Origin: Eledone cirrhosa
Lineage: Eukaryota
Direction: 5' to 3'
NCBI GenBank assembly: GCA_964016885.1
Contig: OZ024741.1
Coordinates: forward strand, 184,512,001 to 184,576,000
DNA: 64,000 nucleotides
Below, in pieces: positions 43,876 through 57,117 of the stretch. A program made the position numbers and the translations under genes. How positions within the stretch are numbered: the first letter of the stretch is position 1; every line of letters begins with the position of its first letter. The notes below the pieces were generated by a model that was given only the letters and a program-made list of their open reading frames with translations, made no database searches and was not told the origin of the DNA.

Positions 43876-44381
43876 TAGACTGTGCCTGTAATTAAAAGAG
43901 CCAGTTGTCACACATTGAATCTGCCTGAGAATTGCGTGAAGGTCAGAGCAGACTGTTCCATTGATTGAATAATTGGAGCACTCATCGTCAAAAGCAACAC
44001 AAATCCATTCCAATTCCATATGCTCTGTCTGAATAATAGACGGAAATGACTACAGTTGGACTATTTTTACTGTATCTTTTCGTATTCATTTTGCCAACTT
44101 ATGTCCAAACATGAACAGTTAAATTTTTTAAGGATGTCTTGCATTTAATATGGCCTCTTACAAAAACTGTAGGAAAGCTACTCTTATCAAACTGTGTTAT
44201 CACTCTAGGACCTAGAGTCTAGTTGGTTGACGCTAGCTATCTACTAGAAATAGGTGTAGACTATGATGATCACGACTGAAACATCTAAGACAGTCTGTCT
44301 GCTCTACCAGTGCCGGTCTTATCCTAAACCTCCTCCTCCTCCTCCTCCTCCTCCTCCTCCTCCTCCTCCTCCTCCTCCTCC

Positions 44382-44416
<35 letters not shown>

Positions 44417-44687
44417 TTCATCATCATCACCCTCGTCGTCGTTGTCATCGTTGTCGTCATCATTTTCCTCCTCATCATCATTAAAAGGAACAAAAACAAT
44501 GAAAACTACAGCAGCAGTAAAATCAGCAAACAGCACCCCCAAACAACAGAAAACATCTTGCCGAGCTAAAGAGGGAGCCTAAACTAGAACTTACTTTATC
44601 GACCTCGTAAATATGAAAGACAAAGTTAACAAAGGCGGGATTTGAACTGAGAATGCAAAGAAAACGTCAATATATGTTATATACTAA

Positions 44688-44875
44688 GGGCGGTGGATTG
44701 GCAGTATCAGTAGAGGGTCGGACGCCATGCTTTGACGCATAGAGTTACGGCCCTTGCCATTCTGAGTTCAAATCCCGCCGAGGTTAACTTTGCCTTTCAT
44801 CCTTACGGGGTCGATAAAATAAAGTACCAGTAATACACTGGGTAATTGCTGGCCTTGTGCCAAAAGTAGAAACAA
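44688..44875 (+). mobile_element. Full-length tRNA-derived SINE with TSD
   Basis: gggcggtggattggcagtatc...gagttcaaatccc...gtagaaacaa; TSD caatatatgttatatacta on both sides. Confidence 0.93.
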
Positions 44876-44914
44876 TATATGTTATATACTATTTCGATGC
44901 TATTATATACGACA

Positions 44915-45097
44915 GGGGTGGAGGATTGGTAGTATCGGTAGATGGTTGAACACCATGCATTGCAGCATAGAGTTACGACCCTTCTGAGTTCAAATACCGC
45001 CGAGGTTAACGTTGCCTTTCATCCTTACAGGGGTCGATAAAATAAAGCACCAGTAATGCACTGGGGTAATTGCTGGCCTTGTGCCAAAAATAGAAAC
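44915..45097 (+). mobile_element. tRNA-derived SINE with TSD
   Basis: Same consensus; TSD tattatatac(g/t)acag. Older copies at about 44585-44660 (-), 45350-45480 and 45970-46115. Confidence 0.9.
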
Positions 45098-46307
45098 TAT
45101 TATATACTACAGAATAAACGAACAGATCCAGGTCGGCACTGCGTGTTTGTACTGATTGAAATCAATTAATTTCACTGTAGAAGTTTAACTGTCTGTTTTT
45201 ATGCAATATTTCCATAGACAGCAATAGGTGGATCGGCTGTACTAGCTTCAATTATCGTTGCGATCTCTTCAGCAATTATCTATCCTTTTCTACTTTTCCA
45301 CAACCCTATTTATAGTCATTTTTATTTGTGAGTAAACTAAGAATCATGAATTGGCAGAATAGCTTGGGCGTCAGACAACTTTCTTTAAAACATTTAGTTA
45401 CGAAACTTTATGCTTTGATTTCAAATCCCACCGGTGTCAACTTTGCCTTTCACCCTTCAGTTGTCGATAAAATAAAGTAATCGAATTTTCCCTGCCCATA
45501 AATTTCTGGTTTTAGTATCTAAATTCTACCTCATTATAAGTGAGTTAAACTAATTTGACGGTTGCTCTAACGGCGTGGTATTTCACTCTCACTGATTCAG
45601 TAATTAAATGAAACCAATTTTCAATTTAATTATTTCAAAACGAGGATTGAAAAACGTTTATTTCGTTAGCCTTATGTGTGGTCTGTCGTAATACATATGT
45701 GATCATAAAGATTCTAGCAATGGCACACCCACTACAATTTTCAAATATAATATATCAAATGCTACATTATCTACTGTGTCCTATTTTTGTTAAGATGTGA
45801 TGTAAGAAAGATTTAATTCTTTTGTTGTTTTATGTATCTCCTGTGAGATTTTTTTGTGGTAGCTTTTTTTTAGAGCCAGGTCAGCTTCAGTCAAGCAGAT
45901 CTATGATAAAAGGCATTCAACCCATAACCACCCCATCTCTTGCTTGGCCATTGCGTATCATTTTTTAAAGGCGGTGAATTAGCAGAGTCTTTAAGACTGC
46001 TTTACGTTATTCATCCCACTTCTTTGCACGCTCTGAGTTCAAATCCAGCCGTGGTCAACTTTCCCTTTCATCCTTTCGAGGTCGTTAAAAAAGTACCAGT
46101 CCAGTAATGGGGTCGATTCTTCCTCTTTAGAATAAAATCGGTTGTGTTCAGACCTGGAGAGGGCACTGGGAATTTTATCGTTCCAAGGGAACTTCAAATA
46201 ATTATAATTATAATAAAAAAATTAATGCAAAAGATAAAACCAAAACATAATCTCTGGTTTTGCATGCAACATTATGTATGTATGTATGTATGTATGTATG
46301 TATGTAT

Positions 46308-48995
46308 GGTCTTCTGGTTTTATAACTTCACAAATTTTTGCATATAGAGAGAGTCGATTTCTAACATAGATACAAGACTCTCTCATTGGAATTTACACAA
46401 TATTAACTAGGTAGATATATATGCATGCCTGCATGCATGTGTCTGCAGGTATGGATGTTGTTGTATGTGTGGATGTGTATGTCTTGAGTTGTATGTGTCC
46501 ATGTGCATATGCTTTTTATCTGTACATGTGTTTATGCAGTAATTAGATGCAGAATTTTTGAAATGTTTTCCATATTTTTACTGTTCCATTAATGGAACAT
46601 GCTTGTAATTTCCTAACTAGACGTGTTCTTTCTGTTTCTGTGAAGCCCAGCTTCCCAAGATTTGTATTGAGGCAGTTACTAACATACCCCTGTGCCCCAA
46701 TAGTGCCTCAACCAATCACAAATAATCACAGGCATAAATTTCAATTTATAGTCAGGGTATCTGTAGATTTCTCATTAGTTCTGCATAAATATTCTCCTTT
46801 TCGCTAATTTTTGATATTATAATGGCATCTGCTGGGCAGCTAACTTCCACTATTGTGCATGCCTTCTTTTCCCTGTCCTCATATCATTATATCTGGTCTG
46901 TTATAACTGCATTTTATTGGGGTTTTTACTGGAACATTCCACCAGTACTTTTTCATATTATGTACATGGATGTCTTCCACATTGCTGTAGCTTTTAATGT
47001 GTTTATTATCGGGGCTATATTTTCTACGGATTGCGTTGTATAGTGTTTTGGCCACTACATCATGCCTCATACGTAGATAGTACTGCGATGACATCTTTGG
47101 ACAGCTGCTTATGACATGGGTGACATCTTCGATGTTAATTCTGCAGAGTCTGCACTTGTCAAATCTAGGTGTTTTGCCTGCATCCCTATCTCTTTTGTGA
47201 ATCAGGTATTTCGTGTTGATTTCCAGTTCTTGGATTGCAAAAGCGTATCCTTCAAAGTGGGAGCCAATATAGCGGTTGTTGGTCCAAGATAGACTACTTT
47301 GTTTATCTATATTACTTTCTCTCTGGAGCTTCCTAGCAACTTATCCATGCATGATTTTTTGCTTATAAGCATGCAGCTTTTCATCCATGGATTCCCTGCG
47401 TTACTGCTGGGCAACTTCCCTGATGTTATCTGTCTCATGCAGATTAACTTGCTCGATAGACGGGCTCATACGCTTCGAGGTTCGTAAATGTTGTCGGGGG
47501 GATATGATGCGACATTCAAATGCTGTCTGGACTGATGTTAGGCCGCTGCCTCCCTGCTTACATTTCAAGAAGAGGCGGTCTATGTCACTGTTGATGTGGA
47601 AGTTTCCGGTGTTGCTTAGTATTTTTCGAGTTTTAACACCAATTGCTCGGATTTCGTCTAACGTCCAATTGAGTATTTCAAACGTTGGTGTTAGGACAGG
47701 CACAGCAAACACATTGTGAGCCATTGTTTTATTGCGCCCAGAGAGTTCTGATGACTATATTTTTTTTAATCGGGTGTAATATTCCCTGGGTACGCGTTCC
47801 TTATTACAGATGCCATTATAGCATATGTTCTCATCTATCCCCAGGTATCTGTAGCAGTCCTCATCAGATATCGGGGAAATAGTTAGCCCATTGATAACAA
47901 TGCTGCTAGATCGGGTTGTAATTTTTCCCAGCTTTACAGTCATATATGAACATTTATCTTGGCCAAACTCCATTCCCCATATCCTTTGAGAATGTTGTAA
48001 CCAGGTCAAGATTTTTCTTCATCCCATCTATGTTCTTGGCATATTGTTTCAGATCATCCACAAAGAAATTATTGGTTAAGTTCGTATTTCTGTCCTCCTG
48101 TGAGCCAATGATGTAAACTTCACATTTCTTGAGCAGAAAGTACAAGGGGTTTAATGACAGAATAAATAGTATCACAGAGAGACTGTCTCCTTGAAATATA
48201 CTCCTGCGATATTCTATTTGATCAGTCAAAATACAGTCCTCTTTCGCTCTATTTAACTTTAGGATAGTAGCTCAAGATGAAGACAGCTTCTCTATGGCTC
48301 TGATAATAATCGTTTCTTTATGGCTCTGATAATAATACCTGGGACTTTAGCAAGTTGGAGGGCCTCTATCATCCAAGAGTGGGGAACAGAATCGAAAGCC
48401 TTCCTGTAGTCCAGCCAGACTGTAGCCATATTCCTCCTAAGTTGTCGCATCTCCGACATCGCAGCTTTGTTGATTAGGAGTTGTTAAGCACACCCCCAAA
48501 TACCTTTCTTTTCAGATGCAGTATCGGTATAGAGTCAAGCACCATGCTTTGGAGCATAGAGTTACAGTCCTTTATGGTCTGAGTTCAAATCCCACCGAGG
48601 TTAACTTTGATTTCCTCCTTTCGGGGTCAATAAAATAAAGCACCAGTCACGCACTGGGGTCGATTTAATCGACTTTCCCCGCCTACCAAATTACTGGCCT
48701 TGTGCCTATACTAGTAATCATTATTTTCACAGTGATCTTGAAGGAATAGGTTCATGCAGACTGTATATATTTTAACATCATTTTCTGGCATGGGTCGGTA
48801 GTTTTTTGACAAGTGGGTGTCTTTGTTCTTGGGGACCAGTATTGTTTGTGCTAATGTCAACCATTCTGGTATAAGAGAACTTGTTGGTAGAGGTCAGTGA
48901 GATACCTCCGATAGAATATCAGTTTCTTGTACCAGTAGCCGACAATCATGTCTCTTCTTGGTATTTCTTATCTTGGAGTTTTCCTCACAGTCTCA
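46308..48995 (-). mobile_element. R4/Dong-clade non-LTR retrotransposon (RT, CCHC, restriction-like endonuclease), decayed and 5'-truncated
   Basis: WLTLAQTILVPK...NYRP, IFQGDSLS, FFVDDLK, GMEFGQDKC, YRYLGI, DIDRLFL..KQGGSGL, CRLC...THVISSCP, RHDVVAK, NRPDIMI; (TATG)n on both sides. Confidence 0.9.
48518..48722 (+). mobile_element. SINE inserted into the R4-type LINE
   Basis: SINE consensus interrupts RT coding sequence, which resumes on the other side. Confidence 0.88.
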
Positions 48996-49234
48996 AAGTT
49001 ATTTTCTTTTATTTCTTTTATTTCTTTTATTTGTATGTATGTATGTATGTATGTATGTATGTATGTATGTATGTATGTATGTATGTATGCATCTATGTAT
49101 GCATGTATGTATGCATGTATGTATGTTAGTGTGTGTTTGTGAATGTATGTATGTATGTATGTATGTATGTATGTATGTATGCCCCTGTATGTTTATAAAG
49201 CAATATTTGTAAAAATACGAGTTGAGCTTCATGA

Positions 49235-49280
<46 letters not shown>

Positions 49281-49475
49281 TAAAATAACAGATTAAAGTT
49301 TAATACATACATACATACATACATACATATATGTATATATATGTATGGATGTATATATTTATACACTCATACATATTTAGTACACAGACGTGTATGAAAT
49401 ATATATATATATATATATATAAATATGAATATACATGCATACATACATACATACATACATACATACATACATACA

Positions 49476-49509
<34 letters not shown>

Positions 49510-50198
49510 CATACATACATACATACAAATATATGTGTGTATATATATATGTACACATATACATTTCAGTATAACTTCTAACATCAGCAAATCTAGTCTG
49601 TTATTACATGTCTTAGCACTGATTGGGTTTCTCTCTATTTTATAACTCGCCATCATGTTTACGCTTATTTTCACACCACGTTGAAAACCTTCAATTGTTT
49701 ATGGCTGCTCAGCTGTTTACTATTGCTTGCTGCTGAAATTATACAGATGTACATATGTACATGAAGGTAGGTACACATGTGTGTGTGTGTGTGTGTGTGT
49801 GTGCGTGCGCGCGTGTGCGCGCGTGTGTGTGTGTGCGTGTGTGTGTTTGTTTGTGTTTGTATGGGTGCGTGTGTGTAGGTGAGTGCGTGTCGGTGTGTGT
49901 GTATACGTGCACAACGCTGTCTATATGTTGTGTATGACTTTATTTGATATTACATGTATACGTATGATTTTGTTTCATATTACATGTATAAGTATATATT
50001 TATACTTACGTATGTACGTACGTACGTATGTATGTATGTATGTATATATGTATGTCTGTATGTATGTATGTATGTATGTATGTATGCATGTATGTATGTA
50101 TGTAAGTCTGTATGTATGCATGCATGCCTGTATGTATGTATATATGTATGTTTATATGGATGTATGTATGCATTTATGCATGCTATATATATATATAT

Positions 50199-50273
<75 letters not shown>

Positions 50274-51343
50274 TAATATACACATACACAGGGACCTTAT
50301 AACCTTGAAACAACTTATTATATCGAACAACATAAAATATCTCCTCTCCACGCCGCCGTTTATTCCATACATTTTGATGATGAGTACTTCATGAATAATG
50401 AAATGTCTATAACATATCGTCTTTCATCTTAAATTGGAACAACTCATCTTCTTTACATGCCCCCACCGCCTCAATTTTCTCTCGTTTCTCCTGGAAATCC
50501 TCTAAATCCATTATGTCCCAATATATCCTCATTAGTCTTCTAACTTGCAGATCATATTTATTTAACGGTTTGTCGCGTTATTTTCAATCCACTCTTCTCT
50601 CTCCTTCTGGTAAAAATCCCCATGTGGATAATTTTACACCAATAAAAGGACTTATAAGAGGAGGGACAACCCTAACCACCCTTCCACCGAACCACTGTTT
50701 TGTTTTTTATTACTATTTTTATTTTCTTCTTCCATTGTTCATCCTGAAATTTCTTGTCCATCATTCGCCGGTCCCTTAATACCCTAAACCATCCTTATGC
50801 ACGCACCTTTATAAACTAACTAATATGCAATTATATTTCCATGGAAACCTCTGATGTCAGTTCTTTCACCTTATATCATCATCATAACCACCATCATCAC
50901 CATTAATATTATTATTATTGTTTTTGCTGCTGCTGTTGTTGTTGTTGTTGTTGTTGTAGTTGTGGTTGTTGTTGTTGCTGTTGATGTTATAGGTAGGTTG
51001 GGGTGTTGTCATTATTTGATTTGTTGTGTGATATGGTTTCCCTTTCTTTTACACCCGTCATTTGCTTTGCGCTGTTTGTCCCTTTAACCAGTCACCTATC
51101 ACTTTATGCTGACACACATCACACCACACGCTCCAAAGACCCCACAACAACATCTACAACAACAGAACAACAGCAATAACAACAATGGTGGTGATGATTT
51201 AACAGCAAAATTAACAATAATATTAAAATAAGAATAAAAAGACGGAGATATTAATAAGTACAGACAACAATAAAGATAATAATTTCGGTTATTATAGTTA
51301 TAAATCTTGCTTTTAGAGATTATTTGTTTGTATATTTATTCAT

Positions 51344-51382
<39 letters not shown>

Positions 51383-52879
51383 TTTTATTTATTTATTTAT
51401 TTATTTATTTGCTTTTGTTTGGCTTTCATTTCCATTGTGTCTGGAAATGTTTACGTCTTCGGCCATCTTTTTATGGAGCAATGGAAGCTGCTGTTTAGAT
51501 ATCTTGATAGCTAAAGTAGCTAGATAAGATCAGTAGAAATAAAAGTGGAGAAAAGAGATAGATAGGAGGAAGGGACATACGAGCTTGAGAGAGAAGGAAA
51601 GAATGTAAAGAAGCGAAGAATGAAGTGGAGGAAAGTAAGGGGAAAAGTTGAGATAAAGAGGGGAAATCAATTGGAATCCACACCTCGTTACTTTCATCCA
51701 ATCTCCGGTAATGAAATTCTTTAGATCCAAGTCAATCTCTCTCTTTCTCTTCTCCCTTGGGGAACACAAGATGTAATTTCTTTGTGCCAGATGAGATGCC
51801 GTTGTCAAGAAAAATCCGTTTAACTATGAAGGAAAAACAAATGAAAAAATGGAAATAAAGAGAAAAAGAAACACTCAAAGAAGGACAATAAATGGATAAA
51901 TAAAAACAATATATAAATTAAAAAGTATAAAACAATGATAAAGTATATGAATAGCATACCGGAAGTTACTTTCTAAATGACATATTCGTAACTTCCTACA
52001 CGCAACTCTAATAAAAAAAATAAAATAAAAAAAAAGAAGTACAAAAAGGGAGTAAATGTCTTAAATTCGTGTCAAAAACGAACATTCGAACATTATTATT
52101 TTATTATTTTATTAAATAAAGAAATTAATTGACGTGTGCCGTAATGAATGACGGAAGAAACAAATCTCAATTAATTGAAAATTTCTCTTTTAGTTAGAAG
52201 AAAACAAAGCCCTAGTGGTTATTGTTAGTGACTCAAATACACTGGCTAAGTAATTAAAAAAATAAGAATTAATTCTACAAAATTATTTTACTTTTGTGGT
52301 ATGTGATTTTTGTAACCGAGCAAAGTGGTGGATACGGACAAGCTTCGCTCTTCTTGGATCTCGTCAATGAAGTTTAGACAAATTAGAATCTGCTTTCATC
52401 AGTTGACAAATGTCTTTATTTATTTATATTTTTCTGTTTACAAAAAAATATTATGAAGATTTTTCACCAGAAGTAATTTGCATAATAAATGCTAAAACAG
52501 TATCAGGCGATTAATTCAAGTGGACCAAAAAGCATCAATTTAGATTGTTAAGGGGTGACAATATCTTACAAATGTTAAAAAATGTCCAATAACTAAACAA
52601 GTTCAAATAAACCTTCTATAATTTAAAATGAAATGACACACAAGAAAGAGGGAAATGCAGCCCGTTGTTATAAAATTATCTTTCTTCACCACCTAAAGAA
52701 GACATATTGTCACTTATATACTGCATTTTATGGTTTCCTTTTATTCTCTGTTATAATATTCCATTACCGTTCTTTTTTACATTGTTGTTTCTTCCATCAC
52801 CATTCAATTTGCATTGTTTTTCGCATAAATATTAAATTTGTATCAATATAGCTGAAGTAACTAAGCCACTTAGCGTTGT

Positions 52880-53036
<157 letters not shown>

Positions 53037-53255
53037 TTGTTTGTGTACCTGTCTGTGTATGTGTGCATGTGTGTATAATGTACATACAATGGTTAAGAAT
53101 TTCTACGACAAACTAAAAGCTAAATGGTGTATCTATAAACGCGAAATATGACAGACGATCTACGAAATTTTCATCCTCAAGTTAAGCGTATGAATATAAA
53201 CTGCAATTCTAGCTTCCCTCTCATATATATATATATATATATGTTTGTGTATATA

Positions 53256-53329
<74 letters not shown>

Positions 53330-53779
53330 TAAATTTAACGAGAATTGCATTTCGGCGGGTAGAAATTAGCGAAACGCAACTTCAATATTGTGCAGACAAG
53401 CGCTCCATGCATATGAAGAGGATAGCAGAGCTATAAACATAAGTTAAAATGGTCATACACGCTGAGACGATGGTTAAGAAGCCATAGCCACCATAGCTAG
53501 AAAAGCGAACAAGCTAAATGGGTCAAACATAATGAGATATGATTGAAATAGTTACCCGGAACCTCGGGGAAGATGGAATACTCCGAAATTGGGTTTCTGC
53601 AACACCTAAATCAATAATACTGTCTGCTTATAAAATAAGCTTTTGGTATAATGATCGAACAAGGCATCGCTTTCTCAACATGTTTTTGTTCTTCTTTCGC
53701 CGGAATCTCTCAGGTTGTGAAAGCACATGTGAGATTCTAAGGGGAGGAAACCCCTATTTTGGCCAGTGAATCACATACA

Positions 53780-53935
53780 ATAACATCCGTACCTGCACAC
53801 ACATGCATGCAGACATGTATACATATCTACTTAGTTGATATTGTGTAAATTCCAATGAGAGTCTTGTGTTTATGTTAGAAACAGACTCTCTCTATTGGCA
53901 AAGATTTGTGAAATTATAAAACCAGAGGAACATAC
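53780..53935 (+). mobile_element. R4-type LINE 3' UTR fragment (inverted partner at 55403-55485)
   Basis: Matches 34813-34950 and 42385-42535. Confidence 0.8.
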
Positions 53936-54367
53936 GCACATAGATACTTACATACATACATACATACATACATAAATGTATATACGTACACAAACACACA
54001 CATTTATAAATATATATATATATATATATCGTTTCTGAATTTGTTTAGCAAGATTATCTGAGAACGTGTGTTGAAACCGATATTGTTATATATATATATA
54101 TATATATATATACGGAAAAATGAAACGAAATTTCATTTCCCACTCTTAGTACGGCTGTTACTTAAATATAAGTATGTACACGTACATACATATATGTATA
54201 CAGACGTACAGTAGTATGTATATATATACATGCACACATATATATATGTACGTATGGATTCACCGAACATTTATTATAATGCTCGGTGTGTTTGTAAACA
54301 AACATCCCGTATTAAGCCGTAGTGTCTAGCAACCATCGTTGCTCGTTTGTTCAACACTGACAAAGGA

Positions 54368-54413
54368 ACGCTGTACTAGTTTCAAACTTATTAGCTATTG
54401 TCGTCAGCAACGT
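54368..54413 (-). ncRNA. Type I hammerhead (retrozyme unit, minus copy)
   Basis: Reverse complement reads ACGTTG CTGACGA caatagctaataagttt GAA ACTAGT A CAGCGT. Confidence 0.72.
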
Positions 54414-54985
54414 ATACCTTCCTGCCAGATTGTTGAACGTATATACTTACCTTATGCATATTAACGGCTGAGTAGCCCAATTTGCATATCGAGTGGGTTA
54501 ATCGGCCGGGTGCACCGAAAACGATAAACGGAAAAAAGAAATGAAATTTTATTTCCCACTCTTAGTGCGGCTGTTACTTAAATATAAGTATGTACACGTA
54601 CATACATATATGTATACAGACGTACAGTAGTATGTATATATATATATACATACATGCACATATATATATATGTACGTATGGATTCACCGAACATTTATTA
54701 TAATGCTCGGTGTGTTTGTAAACAAATATCCTGTATTAAGCCGGAGTGTCTAGCAACCATATACATACTACTGTACGTCTGTATACATATATGTATGTAG
54801 GTGTAAATACTTATATTTAAGTAACAACCGTACTAAGTGTGGGAAATGAAATTTCGTTTCATTTTTTCCGTTTATCGTTTTCGGTGCACCCGGCCAATTA
54901 ACCCCCTCGATATGCAAATTGGGCTACTCAGCCGTTAATATACATAAGGTAAGTATATACGTTCGACAATCTGGCAGGAAGGTAT

Positions 54986-55028
54986 ACGTTGCTGACGATA
55001 GCTAATAAGCTTGAAACTAGTACAGCGT
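54986..55028 (+). ncRNA. Type I hammerhead (retrozyme unit, plus copy)
   Basis: ACGTTG CTGACGA tAGC-taataa-GCTt GAA ACTAGT A CAGCGT: 6 bp stem I with one G-U, palindromic stem III, GUA site at 55020-55022. Confidence 0.82.
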
Positions 55029-55231
55029 TCCTTTGTCAGTGTTGAACAAACGAGCAACGATGGTTGCTAGACACTACGGCTTAATACGGGGTGTTTGTTT
55101 ACAAACACACCGAGCATTATAATAAATGTTCGGTGAATCCATACGTACATATATATATGTGTGCATGTATGTATATATATATATACATACTACTGTACGT
55201 CTGTATACATATATGTATGTACGTCTACATA

Positions 55232-55316
<85 letters not shown>

Positions 55317-55359
55317 GTGTGTGTGTGCGTATATACATTTATGTATGTATGTATGTATG

Positions 55360-55390
<31 letters not shown>

Positions 55391-55485
55391 GTATCTATGT
55401 GTGTATGTTCCTCTGGTTTTATAATTTCACAAATCTTTGCCAATAGAGAGAGTCTGTTTCTAACATAGACACATAGACACAAGAA

Positions 55486-56526
55486 CTGGTGCGTGTGTTT
55501 CTTATATGGCACCAGTTGCTTTCACTCCAATATATTATAAATTTTAAAAAAAAAAAAATAAAAACTATAAATTTCCGGTTTGTTGGTTGGTTCCACAACC
55601 GGACAGTTGTTCATATATTGTCAAAGTTCTTTCGTCACACATTATGTGACCTTTTCAGTGACTGGGGATTCTTTTCTTTGTTTTGTGCCTCTCCTTTGTT
55701 CTGTCCTACGCCATCTTGTTTTTGTGTGTGTTGTGTGCTTAGTTTGCGCATGTGTTACATCCGGGTGTCAGTGTGTGTTTTTATTTGTTTATTTATTTGT
55801 TTATTTACATGTTACTAGTTGGTTGTTTGTTCTATGTGTGTCTGTTTTCATTTTGTCCTTAATTGTAAGTTGTGATGTTGCTATTCCATTCCTGTTTCCT
55901 ATTTAATTTTGGTTGGAGTTCATTTATGTTTATTGCCTCTGTGATTTGTTTAAACATTGCGTCTTTTCTGTGTGTAGATTTTATTTTTATTTCAAACTTT
56001 CACATTAGGTGAAAAGCTGCGTTTTTTCAGCTTTTTAGAGGTTTTTTGAGGCGTTACATCAGACCGATTTCCTTGAAATTGTAACTATGTATTAGTCAGT
56101 CTCTTCTTCATACCGTGAGCAAAGAAAATCAAACTTTTTTATGTCCTAGGTGAAAAACCTCATTTTGTCAGAGTTTTAGGGTTTTTTTGAAGCGTTACGT
56201 CTAGCCGATTTTTCCGAAATTTCAAGGCATATTATGCACGTAAAAAAAAAATATTTTCTTGATCCCCTAGGTGGAAACCTCCATTTTTCCTGCTTCATCG
56301 AGGAACATTCTAAAGATTATCCAGCCATCGGAGTATTCAGTTTATTTTCTTTACATATTGTCCAGCGATGCAGTTTTTCCACGATTAGGTCTGTTGGCGA
56401 CCCGTGTTCCAAAATACCTTATCTCGTGCAACGCCGCGTACCCCTGTTAGTTTATAATAAATTGGAGTGAAAGCAACTGGTGCGTGTGTTTCTTATTGGC
56501 AACATAACCCTCCCAAAGTATAACTA
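55486..56526 (-). mobile_element. Third copy of the PLE pLTR with short inverted end, interrupted by another element
   Basis: 55510-55992 matches 7160-7635, with the hammerhead core mutated to CTGAAAA at 55620-55662; 56452-56526 is the inverted terminus. Confidence 0.85.
55995..56451 (+). mobile_element. Possible non-autonomous Helitron/Helentron-like insertion
   Basis: Internal diverged repeats (taggtgaaaa...gcgttac..c.agccgattt); ends cgtgcaacgccgcgtacccctgttagt, resembling Helitron-type 3' ends. Confidence 0.35.
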
Positions 56527-57117
56527 TATATATATAGTAAATACATTAACGGAGAAAGCTAATAGCGATACTCCGGCCAAATCCCAACTCACTCAACAAA
56601 GATTAGGAAATAAGTGAGTATATTCCTAATTAAACGTTCGGGTGCTAACTAATTGTATTGTGCGGAAAATTGGCTGTATTATTTCATATGAGATATATCA
56701 AATATATCTCTTCCCAGACGGACGTCTCGTTTCATTATAAGATTCCTACAAGTTGGGTGATATTATACCAATTTATGTATAAGCTTGTATAACATCAACA
56801 GATACTTATTCAAGTGGGCTCTTATAATTCTTCATTGGGTGCCCAATAATATTAATATTGATAGTCAAATCAACATCAATATTTAGCGATAATCACCATC
56901 AGTACTTGAGGTAGCTGTTAGGTTGCTAGCCCAGCAGTTCTAAAGAAATTTTCATATTGTCTCAAAAAAAGAGGAAGGAGAATTACCGCCAAAAAACAAT
57001 ACATGCGCAGGACAATGAATTCTAAAAGGAATTCAAGCCACGTGCTAGAACATAATCTTATGATGACACACATAGATATTTTATCGGACCAAATATATAT
57101 ATATATATATACATACA

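Larger units (their letters stand above)
54112..55235. mobile_element. Non-LTR retrozyme-like array: 416 bp unit, about 1.56 copies on minus plus about 1.14 copies on plus
   Basis: acggaaaaa at 54112 recurs at 54528; inversion point 54760/54761; one hammerhead per full unit; (TA)n on both sides; no ORF. Confidence 0.82.

Noticed and set aside
44688-44790. tRNA gene (A-box and GTTCAAATCC B-box)
   Set aside because: No cloverleaf; it is a SINE head continuing into SINE body with TSDs.
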